A stretch of 64,000 bases of DNA from the human T2T-CHM13v2.0 reference genome, Homo sapiens (GCF_009914755.1 NC_060926.1), one strand, 5' to 3'; positions 13,004 to 29,886 are shown, numbered from the stretch's first letter. Numbers and translations are program-made. Notes: generated by a model not told the origin, from the letters alone.

Positions 13004-14589
13004 AGAACTCATCACATGATTGTGAAAACAAAACTATATGGTCTAAGAAAAAGTGCACATGGTATGCTCTCAATTCCTGACATACCTTCACTTCTTTCTC
13101 CATATTCACTAGGTCCCTGGGTTTGTCACTATTAGTCACTCCTGGATGGAACATGGGGAGAAAAATTTTAGTGGAGTTTGAACAAAACTGAAAAAGTTTT
13201 GCTTGATCTATTATAATCATATAAACACAAACTTTCACATACTCTGGTCAAGACCTATTTTCTACAAGAAGTGCTCTTATGAAATATTCAATTGACACAT
13301 ACATAACTTTAGTTTGTCCAGTGTTTTTCTATATTTATACCATATATACTGCAGATATGAGAGGCACTTAACCACATAATATTCTAAAGCTAGGATACAA
13401 CACAATCCATTTCTTCCATATCGGATGGCTAAAGTCAACATGTGAATCTACCCATAGTTTCACTAAAATTGCTATAAGCACATATGTACCTTGAGTCAGA
13501 ATTAGGAATGCAAATGGTGGTCTTTTTTTTTTTTTTTTTTTTACACATGACTGTTGCTAACTTCAATTAAGTAAAATAGACTTGGTGTAATTTTCCCAGA
13601 CCTGCAAATTAAAGCCTGCTGAAACCTAGCAACAATGTATGAAAAGGGACTTTTATTTTGTCAAATGTCACTTGGCTGTCATTAGACATGCTTATACTCC
13701 CCTGTGTGTAAATCCATGTCATGAGGTAGATTTTTTTGAAATAGCAAAAATATGAGTAGTATGAGCTCTTAGTGGTCTATGTGCTTGGTTATTCATCCTT
13801 TTCTGGGGCTTGGCTATTTGGGTCTTGGAAGATTTTCTGGGTTTTTATGTCAGAAAAGAAAATTTTTCAAGCTTCCACTGTAAAATGTGGTAGAATTATA
13901 TATGTTGGCGTCTATTCATGTGCTTTGCAGCACTGTCAACCATTACAAATTCACCGGTGTTTAACTCCCTGTAGGTGTCCTTAAAGTACAGGATTGAATT
14001 ATGATAGAAATGGATGGTCATTGAAATATGGAATAATCAAATAAGAGAATAGCAAAGTAATCCCTCAAAAGGAGTAGGGTGAAATGAGAAGGAAGGACTA
14101 AAGTTTGCTGTTGACATTTTTTTCACTATGGTTTATCATATTAATCCCTTGGCAATGAGACTCCTGAAGGTCTTACTTAAATTTTGCTATATTTAAATAG
14201 TGCCTTCTGCCCCTGACCTAGTCTCAAGTTGTTTCAACCAGAAACAAAAACCTGTTTCAAGGAAAAATTTTATATCTGATTACCTGAACTTAAAGGCAGA
14301 TACTATTTGTTGATTCAGAAAGTGGTGTTAAAATCATCGGTGTTTATGCTCTTTAATTCTTTTTTTACAGTGTGAAACTACAACTGTGTTTATAAGGAGG
14401 ATGCCACTGGAAATGAATTCTGCTCAAAGAATGAACTCTCTACACACATCATCTTTCTCTCACAGACATCATACCACCTCAAGCACTGCAGCCTCAAAAG
14501 GTTAGGCTGATACCTGATGAGAAGCGGAATTATGCAACTTCAGCAATGATCATTGCCAAGTACATTATGTGTATGGGTTAAAAATATAT

Positions 14590-15015
14590 GCCATGGTACA
14601 GAAAAAAATATATATTGCATGATCTCACTTATATGTGGAATCAAAAAAACCAAATGTATAGAGATAGAGAACAAAGCAGTGGTTACCAGAGGTGATGATG
14701 TTTGGGAGTGGGAGAAGGAAACTGGCGGGGTAGGTCAGGGGATAGAAAGTAGCAAATATGAAGGATGAACAAGGCTGGAGACCTACAGCCCAACATACCA
14801 CTACAAGTAATAAACTCGAGCTGTATTTGGGATTCATGCTGAATGGCTAGATTTTAGCTGCTCTTGCCACACAAAGAAAAAAATGAATAACTAGGAGAGA
14901 TGACAGATATGTTAATCTGTTTCACTGTAGTATACTTTTTTTACTATTTATACATATTCCATAGCATTATGTTGCATACCTTAAGTATATATAATAAAGT
15001 TTATTTTCTTAAAAA
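14590..15015 (+). mobile_element. L1MA-type 3' end
   Basis: TATTGCATGATCTCACTTATATGTGGAATC...GTGGTTACCAGAGG...AATAAAGTTTATTTTCTTAAAAA. Confidence 0.8.
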
Positions 15016-15075
15016 GCATATGTCATAAACTTTGATCATCTAGGGAGTTTTGAGGCCTTCCTATTTCATATTAGG

Positions 15076-15077
<2 letters not shown>

Positions 15078-15108
<31 letters not shown>
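15078..15108. repeat. (CA)n microsatellite
   Basis: About 15 pure CA units. Confidence 0.95.
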
Positions 15109-15109
<1 letters not shown>

Positions 15110-15638
15110 CATACAAATCAGCATATTATTTCTAGCATTAATTGCCTAAGGTTTAAGGTGTTGAGGACAAATGACTTCTTAAAAACAAGCCCTCGCCCCA
15201 CATGCTGAGATTATTACCTACGTCTCCTATATTTATCAACTGCAAAAGAGAAAAGCGGCCAATGAATGCTGAAAGTAAAGGCTTTGTTTTCTTATCCATG
15301 CAGGGGAAATTCCTGAGTGATTCTTCTTGAAGCTTAAATTCTGTGGGATTTTTATGGTGGAAAACTTAGGAGAGGAACCAGACAGCCCATCTAGGAGCTG
15401 ATACTCTTCTAGTGAAGACCACCCTTGCAGGAAAGCATCTGTCCTCCCAGAATCCGGATGTTAGGTTTGAGAATTTACTAATGTGTGACTTCTCTGAAAC
15501 AATTTATTTAGGAAAAAAGGTTGAATAAATATATACTCAATAAAAGTATTGCAAAAATTAAATAAATCACATAGGTAAAGGTTGTCTAAATGGGAAATTC
15601 CTTCAGACAAACAGGGATTTTTAATTGTGACCACCATT

Positions 15639-16180
15639 GTGTTTGTTATCCATTGCCACAGTCATCTGGGACAGAATGCAATCACAAACTCCTTACTGAC
15701 TTAAGAAAACAAGCATTTACTTAATCCAAACATAGGTCTGAGGGAGGCCGAGCCATTTTTCTGCTCTCAGCTGGGCTCACTCATGAATCTGCAGCTACCA
15801 ATGTGATCCAGGCAGCTCAACACATGGAAGGTGGGCTTGCTGGGCAGTGCCCCCTGGTCTCAGCTGGAGGAACCAGTCTCCCCCATGGTGTGTGTCATCC
15901 ACCAACAGGATGTCCCAGGCTTGGTTTCATGCTGACGGTGATTTATCAACACTGTAAGCAGAACCGTGAAAGGTGTCTTGAGGCCAGGTGCAGGAGCAAC
16001 ACAGTGTCCCCTCAGCTGCATTGTCTTGGTCAAAACTAGCCACGAGGCCAGCCCAGATTGGAAATATGAGAAGGAGAAGCAACTTCTTGATGGCAAGACC
16101 TGCAAAGTCACATTGCAGCGGGCATGGATACCCTCAGAGGATTCAAAAATTGTGGCTGCTTTTGAAATCAATCCACTACA
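15639..16180 (-). mobile_element. Old MLT1 (H/I/J-like) LTR
   Basis: CTTAAGAAAACAAGCATTTA...CTCAGCTGGGCTCACTCATG...GGCCAGCCCAGATT...CAAAGTCACATTGCA...CCACTACA. Confidence 0.7.
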
Positions 16181-16809
16181 TTCATTAAATATAATATGTA
16201 TATCAAAGGATCACAGAATAAAATAAATTTAAATTGGATGAATACTGTCGCTGGAAAGAAGACAATATTTTGGAGAAGACAGACAGTCTTGAATCTGCCA
16301 TGGCTCATAACAGAACCTGGGAAAATTTAAGGAATGAAAACAAAGGTGATTAGTGAAGGGTCAACACACTCATGGATTTATTACATCATCTGGCACTAGG
16401 AAGTCCTTCAGTTTCCACACTGAGCACGTGGATGGGCAATGAGTATTTAATAGTCTATATTTCTAGGTGGAACAGTCTTAAACCTTTATTAAACTTTAGT
16501 ATTTTTATTTGATACCTCCCATCTCCATAGGTGGCTGCAACTCTATTTCATAGAACATAAACAAATTCCTTCTTACAGTGCTGTATTAGTCAGGATTATT
16601 TAGTCTATGCTGTGGTAACAAATAACCCCACAGGTCTTAATGTGGGAATATAATAGAAGATTTTGTTTCTCATGCTAAGTCCAAAGCAGGCCAGATGGCC
16701 CTCCTCTGTCTTGTAGCCATGCCTCCTGGCCTCCACAGTGCCAAAACAGTGAAAGAGCAAAGTAGAAGAAACTACAAGATGAAGGGGAACAAAAACAAAA
16801 GGTGTGTAT

Positions 16810-16942
16810 AGCCAGGTGCAGTGGCAGGGAACTATAGCCCCGGCTGCTTGGGAAGCTGAGGTAGGAGGACTTCTTGAACCCAAGTCCAGCCTGGGCGACA
16901 TAGCCAGGCCCCATCTCTAAAAATAATAAAATTAAAATAAAT
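16810..16942 (+). mobile_element. Free Alu monomer (FLAM-like)
   Basis: GCCAGGTGCAGTGGC...GCTGAGGTAGGAGGA...CCAGCCTGGGCGACATAG followed by an A-rich tail; a single monomer only. Confidence 0.75.
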
Positions 16943-19189
16943 ATTATGACAGACCAGGTCCTCTAGTACTTATTGTAATTTTTTTTCTTATTTCCTGTGT
17001 CTGTGTCCTTGAAAGACATGGAATGTCAGGGTAACCCATTTCTCTTACCTCTGCCATATTTGAAGCAGGTATTGAAGAGAAGAAAGAGGAGAACTTGTCC
17101 ATAGCCCTCCTGTCTGTGGCAATGCTCCTACCCAGGAGCTGGAGCATGGAGGGCACTGGGCACAGGAGAGACAAGCCAGGTGAGTTGCCTACTTAGGAAA
17201 CAAGTTCCATTTCCAATGCCCTCTTCCCTCCTCTACCCCACCCCACTCTTAATCCCAGGTCTCATGCCAGCTACCTGGGGCATAAGGACAGAACCACTAT
17301 CAATCATGACATTTTTGCATGCAAAAAAATATTGTTTTCAGTGTCACCCCATTAGTTCAAGTTCAGCTGCTTCTAACCTCTACCATCAGCTACTGCCCAA
17401 TCTTTGGTAAGGGTGAACAAGGGAAGGACTGAGCAATATGGCAAATGTAGCATAAAACTGTCCAATCCCCTGTGTCTGCTCTTCCACCTGCTGTGATCCT
17501 AGCAAACACCGCATGGGGGTACAGCAGGTCTTTTATTCATCCACTAAAGGTGCTACCTTATTTCTGAACTTAAAACCATAAAACAAACATGTGCTAACAT
17601 GTGTTAGCATATTTGGTCCTTGGGGTAACACTACAAAGCACGTTCCTAATCCCCACTGCACAGATGCAATAGCTGGGCCTCTGGGATGTGCCAGCACTGG
17701 GATTCTGAGCATACCCTCCTGATAGTGTCCTTTCTGTCAGGACATTTACATGATGGGAGCTAATAGTGAAGTTCTAAATGCTACGAAACAATGAAGGTGG
17801 CTTCTGGAATCCTTTCTTTCCTCCAGACTTCACATGTCTTTGCACACATTGCATGACATAACCCTTGGGTGATGAGAAGGCTCTGCTGAGTTCATTGCCA
17901 TTTGCCTGAATTGGGCCTAATTCTCCATTCAGTCCAGAAGACACCGATTTGCAGGAACACAATCTCCTCCAGGACATCCTCCCCACTTGATTACCTCCGG
18001 GCAGTGACTAGGTCCAAAATTAGTGTGCAGGCCAAGTGACTCATGCCTGCGGTATTCATGACAGTGAGAATTGATGTGTGCAAGGCAAGAACAAGATTTA
18101 TGGATCTCCTTACTCCTATGATTTACTGAAAGCTGGCTTTTATTACCTAAAAGCCAGCCACAGACATGTGCTGGGTGCGCTGGGATATATGCCTGGGGTG
18201 CAGCTCTGTGGGCGGCTGCCAGGAACAAGAAGGAGGAAAGGGGAAAAAAATAGAGAAATAATTTTACAGATGAGACACTTGTCGAAAATGCAGAGCCTAC
18301 AGTGCTCCAGGAACAGCTGGCGATGATGAGCTAAGAAGAAAAGGCACCATTTGCAGGCAGTGGACAGCTGCAGGCCCTGCCACACCAGCTACTGAGTGGG
18401 CAAGACTGATTTATGGAAGGGCCGATAATGGCAAAGAAATAAAGATTGATTTGCTCTAGAGGATGTTTCGAGAGTTGTGGGGCAATGGAGAGAAAGCGGA
18501 GAGGGAGACTGTGGATCCTGACAAAAGCTTCATCTGAAAATGCACACAGGACTGAAGCGAAGAGAAGGAAATGAAAAGCAATCTGTTATTATGCAAATAG
18601 TCATCATATCTCATGGGTGTGGATATACTACCAGGAACTGGGATGCTGACACGCCCAACAAGCACAGGTACAGCTGTGCTAACCCTGGCTTCTGGCCCTG
18701 GTCTCCTCACCAGTTCTTGTTTGCTGAGTTCCTTCTCTGTGCCCAGCCCTGTAACTTCTGGGAGATAGGAAAGATGTAAGATGTGTCCAGAGAAATAACT
18801 TATGCAACACTAACAAGCAGTAAAATAAGCCTAAGGTACAAGGCATCCCACCCGCCTGCCTGCCTGCCCTCGGTGTTTAATACCTACTCATCTTTGTGGT
18901 TCTAGCTCAATGAACATCTCCTTGGGGAAACATCAAAAGACCGTGGCAAGGTCTCATCCCACCTAATACACTTTCATAACAACGTGTATTGTTCCTTAAA
19001 CAAATAACGGGATTGTTAATTCACATGGATTGCTCTGTTGTTTGTTCCTTTACTGTCTGCCCCACCACCAACACACACTTACCCTAAGCTTATTTAGAGC
19101 AAAGCCATCAAATCCACAGTGGCTTGTACGTGGTAGATGCTTAATAAATATCTGTTGAATGGTCTGCTCTATTCAGTCATTCATTCAGT

Positions 19190-19560
19190 GAAATATATTT
19201 ACTAAATGGCTGCCACGTGCTGGATGCTGACATAAAAATACACTTGAGGGGTGATGTGCACTGCAGAGAAATAGCACAATGGGAGGTAAAGGGAGACGCG
19301 AATGGCTATTTTAATTCGAGGATCCAGGGAATGCCTGTGACGTTTTAGCTGAGATTGTATAAGAAGAGCCAGACGCTGAAATATCGGAAGGAATACTCCT
19401 GGCAGTGAGAAGGGGAAGCAAAACACCCTACGTAGGAGCAATCTGTATGTGTTTGAGAGATGGAAGAAAATACAGTACAGCCAGAACCACGTTTGTCCAC
19501 TCGTTCATTTGTTTGTTCATTCATCTCTTCATTCACTCACTGGCCCATTCACTCTTTCAT
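19190..19560. mobile_element. L2 fragments
   Basis: CATTCATT-type tails and the L2-like GCTGAGA...GGAAGGAATACTCCTGGCAG. Confidence 0.5.
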
Positions 19561-19761
19561 TTGACAACATTAGGCCCTATACTCTGTGCTCAGAAGAAAC
19601 ACACCCAGAATGTAGCCTGCTGTTGAGATGCTGGCAGCTTCATGCAGTAGCTCAGGGAGGTCTGGGAGAGCAGAGATACTAGGAAGATTAACATGGTGCA
19701 AGTGAGCTTGACTGGGAAGAAAAAGACGAAACCAGGCTGGCCAAAGGACACTTCTGTAGGG

Positions 19762-21036
19762 CAGGGGTTCTCAAGGTGATGTTTGCAGAATCTTTGGCAA
19801 CCATGAGACATGTTAAAATTATTTTCATAATATCTTCATATGTTATGTCTTTTTCACACTATTGAGGTTTGCACCGGTGGTTTCAAAGCAATGGTGACCA
19901 AAACTGTTGGCACGTTAGGACCAATCAAGGCATTTGAAACAAACTGTCGACTGAAAAATAGTAGCAGGAAAAAACACATCAATTTCATTTAAGAATGTAC
20001 TTTACTCGGTAAAATTATTAATCGTATTCAATTAAATCATCGATTTCACATCTTCTAAATATTCTGTATGATGAAATAAGGAGGACTTGTAAAGCACTTC
20101 TGCTATGGATTGAGATACAATGGTTCCTCAAGGAAATCATTTATGTGATTGAGTTGCAAGCTGAACTAGCTAATTCTTTCACGGAACACCACATTTAGTT
20201 GAAAGATCCTTGGACAGCAATCTTTGATCACTCAGACTTGTATGGCAGACATATTTCTAAAAATGAACAGCATGCACCTGTCACTTCAAGAAAACTGATT
20301 GGAAATTTTTCTTGCCAATTACAAAATTAAAGCTTGCAAGAAAAAATTAGAATTTTGAAAAATCCAAATCTGCCACTGTGATCCAGACAGCTTCCCAATA
20401 AATTAACACTTTGCTGATGAAATTGATACTGATATTAGTAAATGCAATTTTTTTCATATAATAAAATGTGTTAACATTTACAAGAGCTGGGTAACGCAAA
20501 TGAGCCAAGAGTTTTTCAAATGACCAGTGCATAATGTTACAAGACATTGCATAGGTAAAATACACATTCAAACTGTAAGATAGACCAATGGATTTTAACG
20601 TGCAATAGTATGAACATTTGTGTAAAGTTAAAATTTCCACAACAGGCTGCAAAGACTATTAAATTATTTTCATTTTCTCCAGCTACCTATCTGCATTAGG
20701 GCAAATTTTCTTAGTATACCTTAATCGAAGCAACATATTGGAACAGATTGAATGCAAAAGCAAGTGTGAGAACCTTGCTGTCTTCTATGAAGTAAGACAT
20801 TTGCAGTAAATAAAACAATGACATTCTCCTTGCTAATTTTGTCTTGAGAAACTTTTTTTTTAAATGTCACATAGTAACAGGTAATGGATTTAGGGTTGTT
20901 ATTTTTAAATAAAATTAATACATTTTTAAACAAAAACATCTCCATTTTAATTTCTTGAATTGTAAATTTTGATTGATGTAATCCACACAAGCTAAATGCA
21001 AGTGATTCCTGAGATCAGAATGCTTGAGAACGACTG
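19762..21036. mobile_element. Charlie1a-like hAT DNA transposon
   Basis: TIRs CAGGGGTTCTCAA and TTGAGAACGACTG. 8-bp TSD CTGTAGGG/CTATAGGT. Internal TTTGCACCGGTGGTTTCAAAGCAATGGTG. Confidence 0.85.
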
Positions 21037-21339
21037 CTATAGGTTAGAGTGAGAGAAAAAATTGGAGCTGGATGAGGCTAAAAGTATATGAAATTTCTAA
21101 TTGGCTATGTAGGTGAATCTGATGATGAATGTCACTCCCAGTGTTATCAATATAGGTTTAAAAATAATGTCTATTCTAAAGATAACCAATTATCATCAGA
21201 TATATCTAATATGAAAAATGTTTTACCAACATATATAACATTTATTATTTTACTAAAAATATATCTATATGCCAGGCCCTGCCCTAAGCGACATATATGT
21301 AGAAATGTGCTTAATTCTGAAATCGGTCCTTTGAGGTAT

Positions 21340-21702
21340 TGATATGGTTTGGCTGTGTCTCCACACAAATCTCATAGTGAATTGTAGCTCCTATAATCCC
21401 CACATGTCATGGGAGGAACCCAGTGGGAAGTAATTGAATCATGGGGGCAGGTTTTTCCCATGCTGTTCTCATGATTGTGAATAAATCTCATGAGATCTGA
21501 TGGTTTCGTAAATGAGAGTTCCCCTGTAAATGTTCTCTTGCCTGCCACCATGTAAGAGGTGCCTTTGCTACTCCTTCACCTTCCACCATGATTGAAGGCC
21601 TCCCCAGCCATGTGGAACTGTGAGTGCATTAAACCTCTCTTTCTTTATAAATTACCCAGTCTCAGGTATTTCTTCATAGCAGCGTGAAAACAGACTAATA
21701 CA
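21340..21702 (+). mobile_element. THE1 (THE1D-like) solo LTR inserted in a MIR
   Basis: TGATATGGTTTGGCTGTGTC...GACTAATACA. TSD GGTAT/GGTAC. Confidence 0.9.
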
Positions 21703-23598
21703 GGTACATCTTGTTATCCTCATTTTTCAGATGAGGAATTTAAAGTAAAAAGAGCCAAGTAATGTTCCCAAGGAAAATGCATGTTATTAGTAAAAGGCAA
21801 CTGAGGCAGTGGACTCCAGAATTTGTATCAATATGGCATATTTTTGACTTATTTTCTTTTTTACAAAGTGCCATTTTGGTGAACAGGTTGAAATTCGGGG
21901 TTACAGGCTATGCAGCCAGACTGCTGATGCTGAAAGGCTGATTTGCTCTGGTCCCTGAGACTCCCACGTGCTCTTAGTTCACTGTTCATTGTATGCACTC
22001 CATTGCTCACACACACATGCTGGAAAGGAGAGGAATTTTCCTCTTTTTTGTTAAAACATTAAATGCATATATTTGTTGCTTGTGATCTATTAGATATTTT
22101 ACTCTAAGTGAACATAATTTTCTTCTCTAGGACACATCAGAATTTTCCTTTCAATCTCATTATGCTTTAGTCTCTTGACTGATGAGCAGCTAACATATTT
22201 AACAGTAATAGAGTCATGGCATCTGCAGAAGGGAATAGAGAGGAGGTAGCCAGTCCTCAGATCTGGCTGTCTACTGCCTAGAATCACTCAGTGTTTGAAC
22301 CGCTGGCCAATTACCCCTGCTCCTCCTGCCCTCTCAGCCCCAGTACCTCCCATATGGCTTTGATTTAGAGGCACTCAATTTATCAAAACAGTTTGTTATG
22401 TTAAAAAACTATTTGATGTCAAAGAAGCCATATGACCCTTTTTATGTGTACTTTTCCTGGAATAAGAAATCAATTTGCTCATTTTAAACAAAGTTGGGCC
22501 CTAAAGACACTTGAGTCAGTGCTACATTCATAAGGCAACAAGAAAAGATGTATCGGCAAAACATATTCCCCCTTTCACAGCCTCGCGGGGTGTAAGGAAT
22601 GGAGGGACCCTCTTGAAAGAGCTCTTCTCCACAGGGGGCATTATCACTCCTCAGTCCACCTCAGGATCCGCTGGGCTTGACTCAGCAGAGTGCTGATGTC
22701 ACACCCAGGAATATGAGTTCTTACAGGTACACCTGGTGATTCTGGTGCAAGTCTTTACATCATGATTTCAGAAGATTTTTCCCCTTTGGCATTCTCTCTG
22801 CTAAGAATAATGTTCACTTAATGATCTGACTATCCATCTCTTCCCACCCCACCCCTTAAATGTGAATTTTGTGCAGGATTCTTTGCTCTGCAGATCCACC
22901 TTCTTACTGTTTGTCAAATGCACACTTATGCTTTCCCACTGCAGAGCTCCAACAGGGGTTCCTTCTAAAAATCCGACTTGGTTACTGACGTGCTTATTTC
23001 CCCCAGGAGCCCTTTGTAGCGAATTGTGTGGGTTTCTCCTCACCTGACATGTTGCAGCCATGTATTGTGAAGAATGAGTCCAGCTCCGGCGTAGAGCCAT
23101 ATTTGGTGAGAGATGACCCTGGTAATTTTCATCCCCCTTTTTCAGACAGGGTCTCAGGAACCAGGACTAAACCCATGCATGGACAGCATTCTTCAGGCCA
23201 TCTGGATAATGTGCACATAATGGATCATGGAAAATCCACAAGAGAGTCACAGAGAAATACAACTGGGGCCCCTGAGTTGAGCCAACTGCTGTAGTTATCT
23301 TACCCCTCCACTTCCGATTATTTGGGACAATCAGTTGCTTATGTTTAAGCTGTTAAACTGAATTCCCTGTTCGGATTAAATTTTCTGTTAGTTTTGGAAG
23401 CATCAGAAAGAAACAGACAACAATAAATATTCAAACAAAAGCTTCCGTTGTTGCTCTTTATGTGGACTCCTCCTAGAAAGAGCCTAGGAAACACAAGCAC
23501 CTGCCATGGGCTGGGCTCTATGATGAGTACAATCTCCATGAAACAGAGTAATCCTTCTGAAGTTTGTGTTTCATTCTTCTTTTTAAAACCTCCATACC

Positions 23599-23973
23599 TG
23601 CTGTGAACTAAACATCTGTGTCGTCTCAAAATTCATATGCTGAAAACTCTAAGCCCTAATAAGATGGCTTTAGAAGGTGTGGCCTTTGGGAGGTGATTAG
23701 GTCATGAGGGTAGAGCCCCCATAATGGAATAAGTACCCTTTAAGAAGAGACAGGAGAGACCTCACTATCTTTCTTTCCATTTTTTGTCATAGGAGAATAC
23801 AGCAAGAAGGCCACCATGTGCAAACCAGGAAGAAAGCCTTCGCTAACAGCCTGGCCACTCAGCACCCTGATCTTGAACTTCCAGCCTCCCAAACCGTAAG
23901 AAATCAATGCTCCTTGTTTAAAGCACCCAGTGTGTGGTAGTCTGTTACAGCAGCCTGAATATGCTGGGATAAC
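23599..23973 (+). mobile_element. MLT1A-like solo LTR
   Basis: AAAATTCATATGCTGAAA...GGCCTTTGGGAGGTGATTAGGTCATGAGGG...TTGAACTTCCAGCCTCC. Confidence 0.85.
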
Positions 23974-24209
23974 AGCCTTAACACTTCAAGTAGACACCTC
24001 AATTATTCATAAACCTTGGCTCATAGGACAATATCACCTCCCAGCAATAATCTGCTTTCTTTTTCCTCTCATCTGTTATTACTATTTAGTTTTACCCTCA
24101 TCATCATTCCCTCTTTCACCCTGCCGTCTCCATGAAAAACTCTCAGTCCTGAGTTTCTTATGTCTTCCAGCTTGCAGGCTACTATATTCTGAGGAATTCC
24201 ATTTTCCCA

Positions 24210-25874
<1,665 letters not shown>

Positions 25875-26291
25875 ATATTAGTCTGTTCTTACATTGCTAT
25901 AAAGAAATACTTAAGTCTGAGTAATTTATAAAGAGACTTAATTGGCTTATAGTTCAACAGGCTGTACAGGAACCATGATGCTGGCGTCTGCTTGGCTTCT
26001 GGGAAGGCCCAGGAAGCTTACAATCATGGAAGAAGGCAAAGGGTGCACAAGTGCATCACATGGCAAAAGCAGAAGCAAGAGAGAGTGGGGGAATGTGCCA
26101 TATGCTTTTAAACAATCAGATCGCATGAGAAATCCTTCGCTGTCACAAGGACAGTACTGAAAGGGTAGTGTTAACCCATTCATGAGAAATCATCCTGAGA
26201 TCCAATCACCTCCCACCAGGCCCCACCAACACTGGGGATTATAATTCAACAACATGAGATTTGGGTGGGAACACAGATCCAAACCTTATCA
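25875..26291 (-). mobile_element. MST (MSTA/MSTB) solo LTR
   Basis: TATTAGTCTGTTCTTACATTGCTATAAAGAAATAC...GGGAACACAGATCCAAACCTTATCA. TSD GTATG/GTGTG. Confidence 0.88.
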
Positions 26292-26294
26292 GTG

Positions 26295-26452
26295 TGTGGC
26301 ACATGCCTGCAGTCCCAGCTACTGGGGAGGCTGAGACACGAGAATGGCTTGAACCCTGAGGGAGAGGTTGCAGTGAGCCAAGACTGCGCCATTGCATTCT
26401 AGCCGAGGCAACAGAGTGAGACTCTGTCTCAAAAAATAAAAAAATAAAAAAT
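26295..26452 (+). mobile_element. Alu right-arm fragment
   Basis: GTGGCACATGCCTGCAGTCCCAGCTACT...GAGACTCTGTCTC followed by an A-tail. Confidence 0.9.
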
Positions 26453-26658
26453 CAGATAGGGTACCTGCTCCTCAGGATTTCAGAGAAATCATTAGGACTT
26501 GGAATGGTATATGCTAATAAAATAAAGCATTATTCACTACTGTTCTCTATATTAGTAATAATCTCTTCTGTTTGAAAAAATGTCAGGAATAATCTTAAAA
26601 TCATCAGTTAGAGGAGTAGACTATTGCCCACGGACTGCTATTCTCTAAAGAAATCTCA

Positions 26659-26986
<328 letters not shown>

Positions 26987-28289
26987 CTATAAGACAAAGA
27001 GAATTCTATATCCAAACAACCAATAAGAAGTTTCTATTTTAAATACATATTTTAACTGTGAAAGTTTTGACCAGGTATGTATTTTGGAATTAAAAAAAAA
27101 TACATAGTTTGCAGATCAAACGAAGAAAAGAATCCTTTCAAAACAATACATTAAGAGCTGTGAAACCAGTGGAGGACAGAAAAATATTCAGCTGATGTTA
27201 TTGGTCTCAACGATCCCCACGATTTCTTTTCTTCAATAGTCACTTATGTAAAATGTGCACATTTATGATTTGATAACTAATGAAAGCATGCCAAACCGCA
27301 CAGATCTCCAGTGATTACCAGCTAGAAGTGTTGGTAATCTACAATCCAGCTTCATTTAAAAAATGGCTTCCTAAAAATTCAAATACAAATCCTAATTGTA
27401 TGATGCACTTAAAACACTCCTTTTTCTCAGTAAGGGGCAAGAATGAGAAGAAACCCCTAGGGTGACATTGGAAATGATGCTGATATGAGTTTTATATTTT
27501 GAAAACATAAAGGAACAGCAATTTGTTGAGGTTTCCTAGAGAAGTTATTTTATACACATACACACATGCAGATATATGCATATGTATGTATATGTATAGT
27601 ATATAGGTAGTGCATGCATGTATATATACATATTGTATTATGTACATGTGTATGTGTGTGTGTGCATGTCCATGTATCTGTGTTTGTTCTTGAACTGTAA
27701 ATTGAACTCAGAAAATTGATCCACAGAGTGCCAGGTAGAATTTAAATTCTTCTTTGCTTGTATTTTTTTAATTGCTAAGTAATATGGCTCAATTTTAAGA
27801 CAGCTTTAAGAATTGATCAAGGGCATGGCATGAAAATTAAAAGAGTTTACACCTGAAATTCGTATATTCCCTCAGGGAGTTAGAAAACATGTATTAAAGA
27901 ACCTTCTGGTGCACATATTCCAGGACTGCCCTAATGAGCATGTGAGGAGAGTTAACTCATTGGAAATATTGGTAAGATGCTATTTCTCCATCTTGGCTTT
28001 ATTCAAAGGAGAATAAACACCCCTCTGGGCTCAGATAAAATAGACAAGAGCTTTATAAAATCACATACCCGGTCCTAGGAAATCCTAATATAACCACACT
28101 TTCCTGGAGAAATATAGCTTACAATGAAGAATGTTGCTGATATTACATGTATGAATGGTGAATAAATGGAAAAGACAAACACACAGAGAAACTGTCATTT
28201 TCAATACCGCTTCCTGAAAATTCAACTTTTCTCATTTTTCATTTGCACTAACCCTTTCTTTTCTTCCTATCCTCTTTTATTAACTAGCA

Positions 28290-28460
28290 CAGTGCCCCTT
28301 AACCTTAGCTGCATAATAAAATCGTCTAAGGAGTTTTTAAAAACACCAACGCAGGACCCCGCTGCAGGTCAAATGCATTGTCATCTCTGGTGTGGCTGCG
28401 GAGCAGTGTTTAAAGGCTCCTGGCCATCCCAACAGTGGGGAACCCTAGAGACAGCTCGAC
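28290..28460. mobile_element. MER5-like hAT fragment
   Basis: CAGTGCCCCTTAACCTTAGCTGCATAATAAAATC...GGAGTTTTTAAAAA. Confidence 0.55.
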
Positions 28461-29856
28461 CTTGAAGTTTTGCCAGCACCTTTGCAAGGGCAAGCTGAGT
28501 AAAACCAGGAGACAGGCCCTCCATAAGGAAAGCATGCCGGCCAGGAAAGCTGAAGGGTTGGGAAGAAAATCTCCACCTGACATACCCTTTTTTTTTTTTT
28601 TTTTTTTTTTGCTGACTCCTCATCCTGTTCAGTAAAGTGAGAATAACCAAGTCTTTAGAGTCCCATCCATAGACAGACACTGGACTAAGTAGAATTCTGT
28701 TATTTTCTTGTTGTCTTTTACCTGCTTAAGATCATTTTATCTTATAAAAATTAGAGATACTTTAAAGAATTTATGACTTTTAGAATAATTTATTGGTAAT
28801 ATTAAAAAATTACACCTTTTCAATTATGAATTTTTAGATTACAAAGAAGGTAGACTTCAGTACAAACAAGAGGAGTTCTAAACATTTTTAGTAAAAAATA
28901 TATTATCTACCAATAGTTTTTACTAATTGAACTTACTGACAGGTTAAAAAAAAGGTACCTTTTTGTTTGTTTTAGTGATTTTGTAATTTTATATTAATTC
29001 ATCCTGTCACCAAGCACATATCTTGGGTAGAAATGTGTCCAGATAGGAAAAAGGTAAACACTGAAAGATTGCTATTCATTGCATTCAATTCTAATATGAA
29101 TGTATTGATTTTCATTTACATATGTAAATGTACATATGTAAATATATATAAAATATTATATATTTTATGTGAGTTATTGATACATTACATCATGTTTCAA
29201 CCCATTTTCCTGAATTTATTCATAGGCCTATCATTTTGTAAAGGCCTTCCTATGGATCTGGAATAGACCTGCTGTATCTCCCTTCGGAAGGAACATCATG
29301 AAATGACATAAATCAAATGCCTAATATGAGCTTGAAATTTTTTATAAAAGATCTAATTTGCTATTTGCTATAGCCCTATAAGGTATTATTATTCCCATTT
29401 ATAGATGATGACAGTGAATCTCGGAATAGATAGGTGACCTCCTAAGCCACATGTCTAGTAAATGCTTAAGAGAACCAGAAACAAACTGGGGGGTGTTTCA
29501 GGGGGCTAGATTCTCATAATCGGAGCATCTGTCACTGGAGTGACAGCAGATAGTGAGGTCTTATCACATGGGAGATATTTCAGCTGAGTTTTAACATGTG
29601 TGTTTATTCTTGGGAAACAGTTTCTTTCTTTTCCTGCCTGATAAACCTCCTCTCAGTCTTCAAAACCCAGCTCAAAGTCACCTCCTCTGAGAAAGCATTC
29701 TTTCTGGACCCCTTCGTCTTGCATTAGACAGTATTTTGTCCTCACCTTCTTTGCCCTTTTTATCACATTTCATTGCAGGTGTTGATACTTTCAATTCTCC
29801 TACTTGACTGTGCACCTTGTTCTATTCCTAATAGTGTTCAGCATATGGTAAGGTCC

Positions 29857-29886
29857 TGTATTAGTCAGTGTTTTCCAGAGAACCAA